Assembly (NCBI GenBank): GCA_951406725.2
Contig: OX597817.1
Coordinates: 150,970,001-151,034,000 of the forward strand
DNA length: 64,000 bases
Source of the DNA: Octopus vulgaris
Taxonomy: Eukaryota
Direction of reading: 5' to 3'
Shown here piece by piece: positions 63,836 to 64,000 of the stretch (position 1 is its first letter; each line of letters opens with the position of its first letter). The notes under the pieces are model-generated. The model searched no databases. It saw nothing but the letters and a program-made list of their open reading frames with translations, and was not told the DNA's origin. The translations under genes were made by a program, and so were the position numbers.

Positions 63836-64000
63836 GAGTATACATATATGATGGGGGTTTTGCACGTTTTCCATCTAAATTTCTCTCAGTGAATTGGTCG
63901 ACCTGATGCAATGGTAAAAACACCTGAAGTAATGTGCAGTGAGGTATCTTACAACTATATAATTGATTACAAAGTAAACTTCTTTATCACACAGTGATAT

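Overview
AT-rich, repeat-dense eukaryotic genomic DNA, most likely a coleoid cephalopod (Octopus-like; inferred from the 5S rRNA-like sequence and the SINE/microsatellite landscape, not proven). One complete protein-coding gene is well supported: a 4-exon LAMTOR5 (HBXIP, Ragulator subunit) on the + strand (CDS 38846-38880, 56694-56755, 57244-57361, 60134-60209; 96 aa) with a 17.8-kb first intron. It starts in a CpG-retaining region (~36-41 kb) that also appears to launch a divergent minus-strand transcript, for which only non-coding or micro-exon candidates are visible; bases 1-37 kb look like its introns. Almost everything else is transposon-derived: several SINE families (my labels A-E), RTE and CR1 LINE remnants, a Penelope GIY-YIG remnant, Helitrons (one with Rep remnant) and piggyBac-, hAT- and Merlin-like MITEs. 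Most notable observations: a 5S rRNA copy fused to a retroposon 3' tail, a type-I hammerhead ribozyme motif, tandem H-type pseudoknot-like units in family C, recurrent same-site self-insertion of family B, head/tail shuffling among SINEs, and inverted repeats flanking a frame-closed exon 2-3 pair. Nearly all ORFs in the supplied track are spurious. Repeat boundaries are approximate; no database searches were run.
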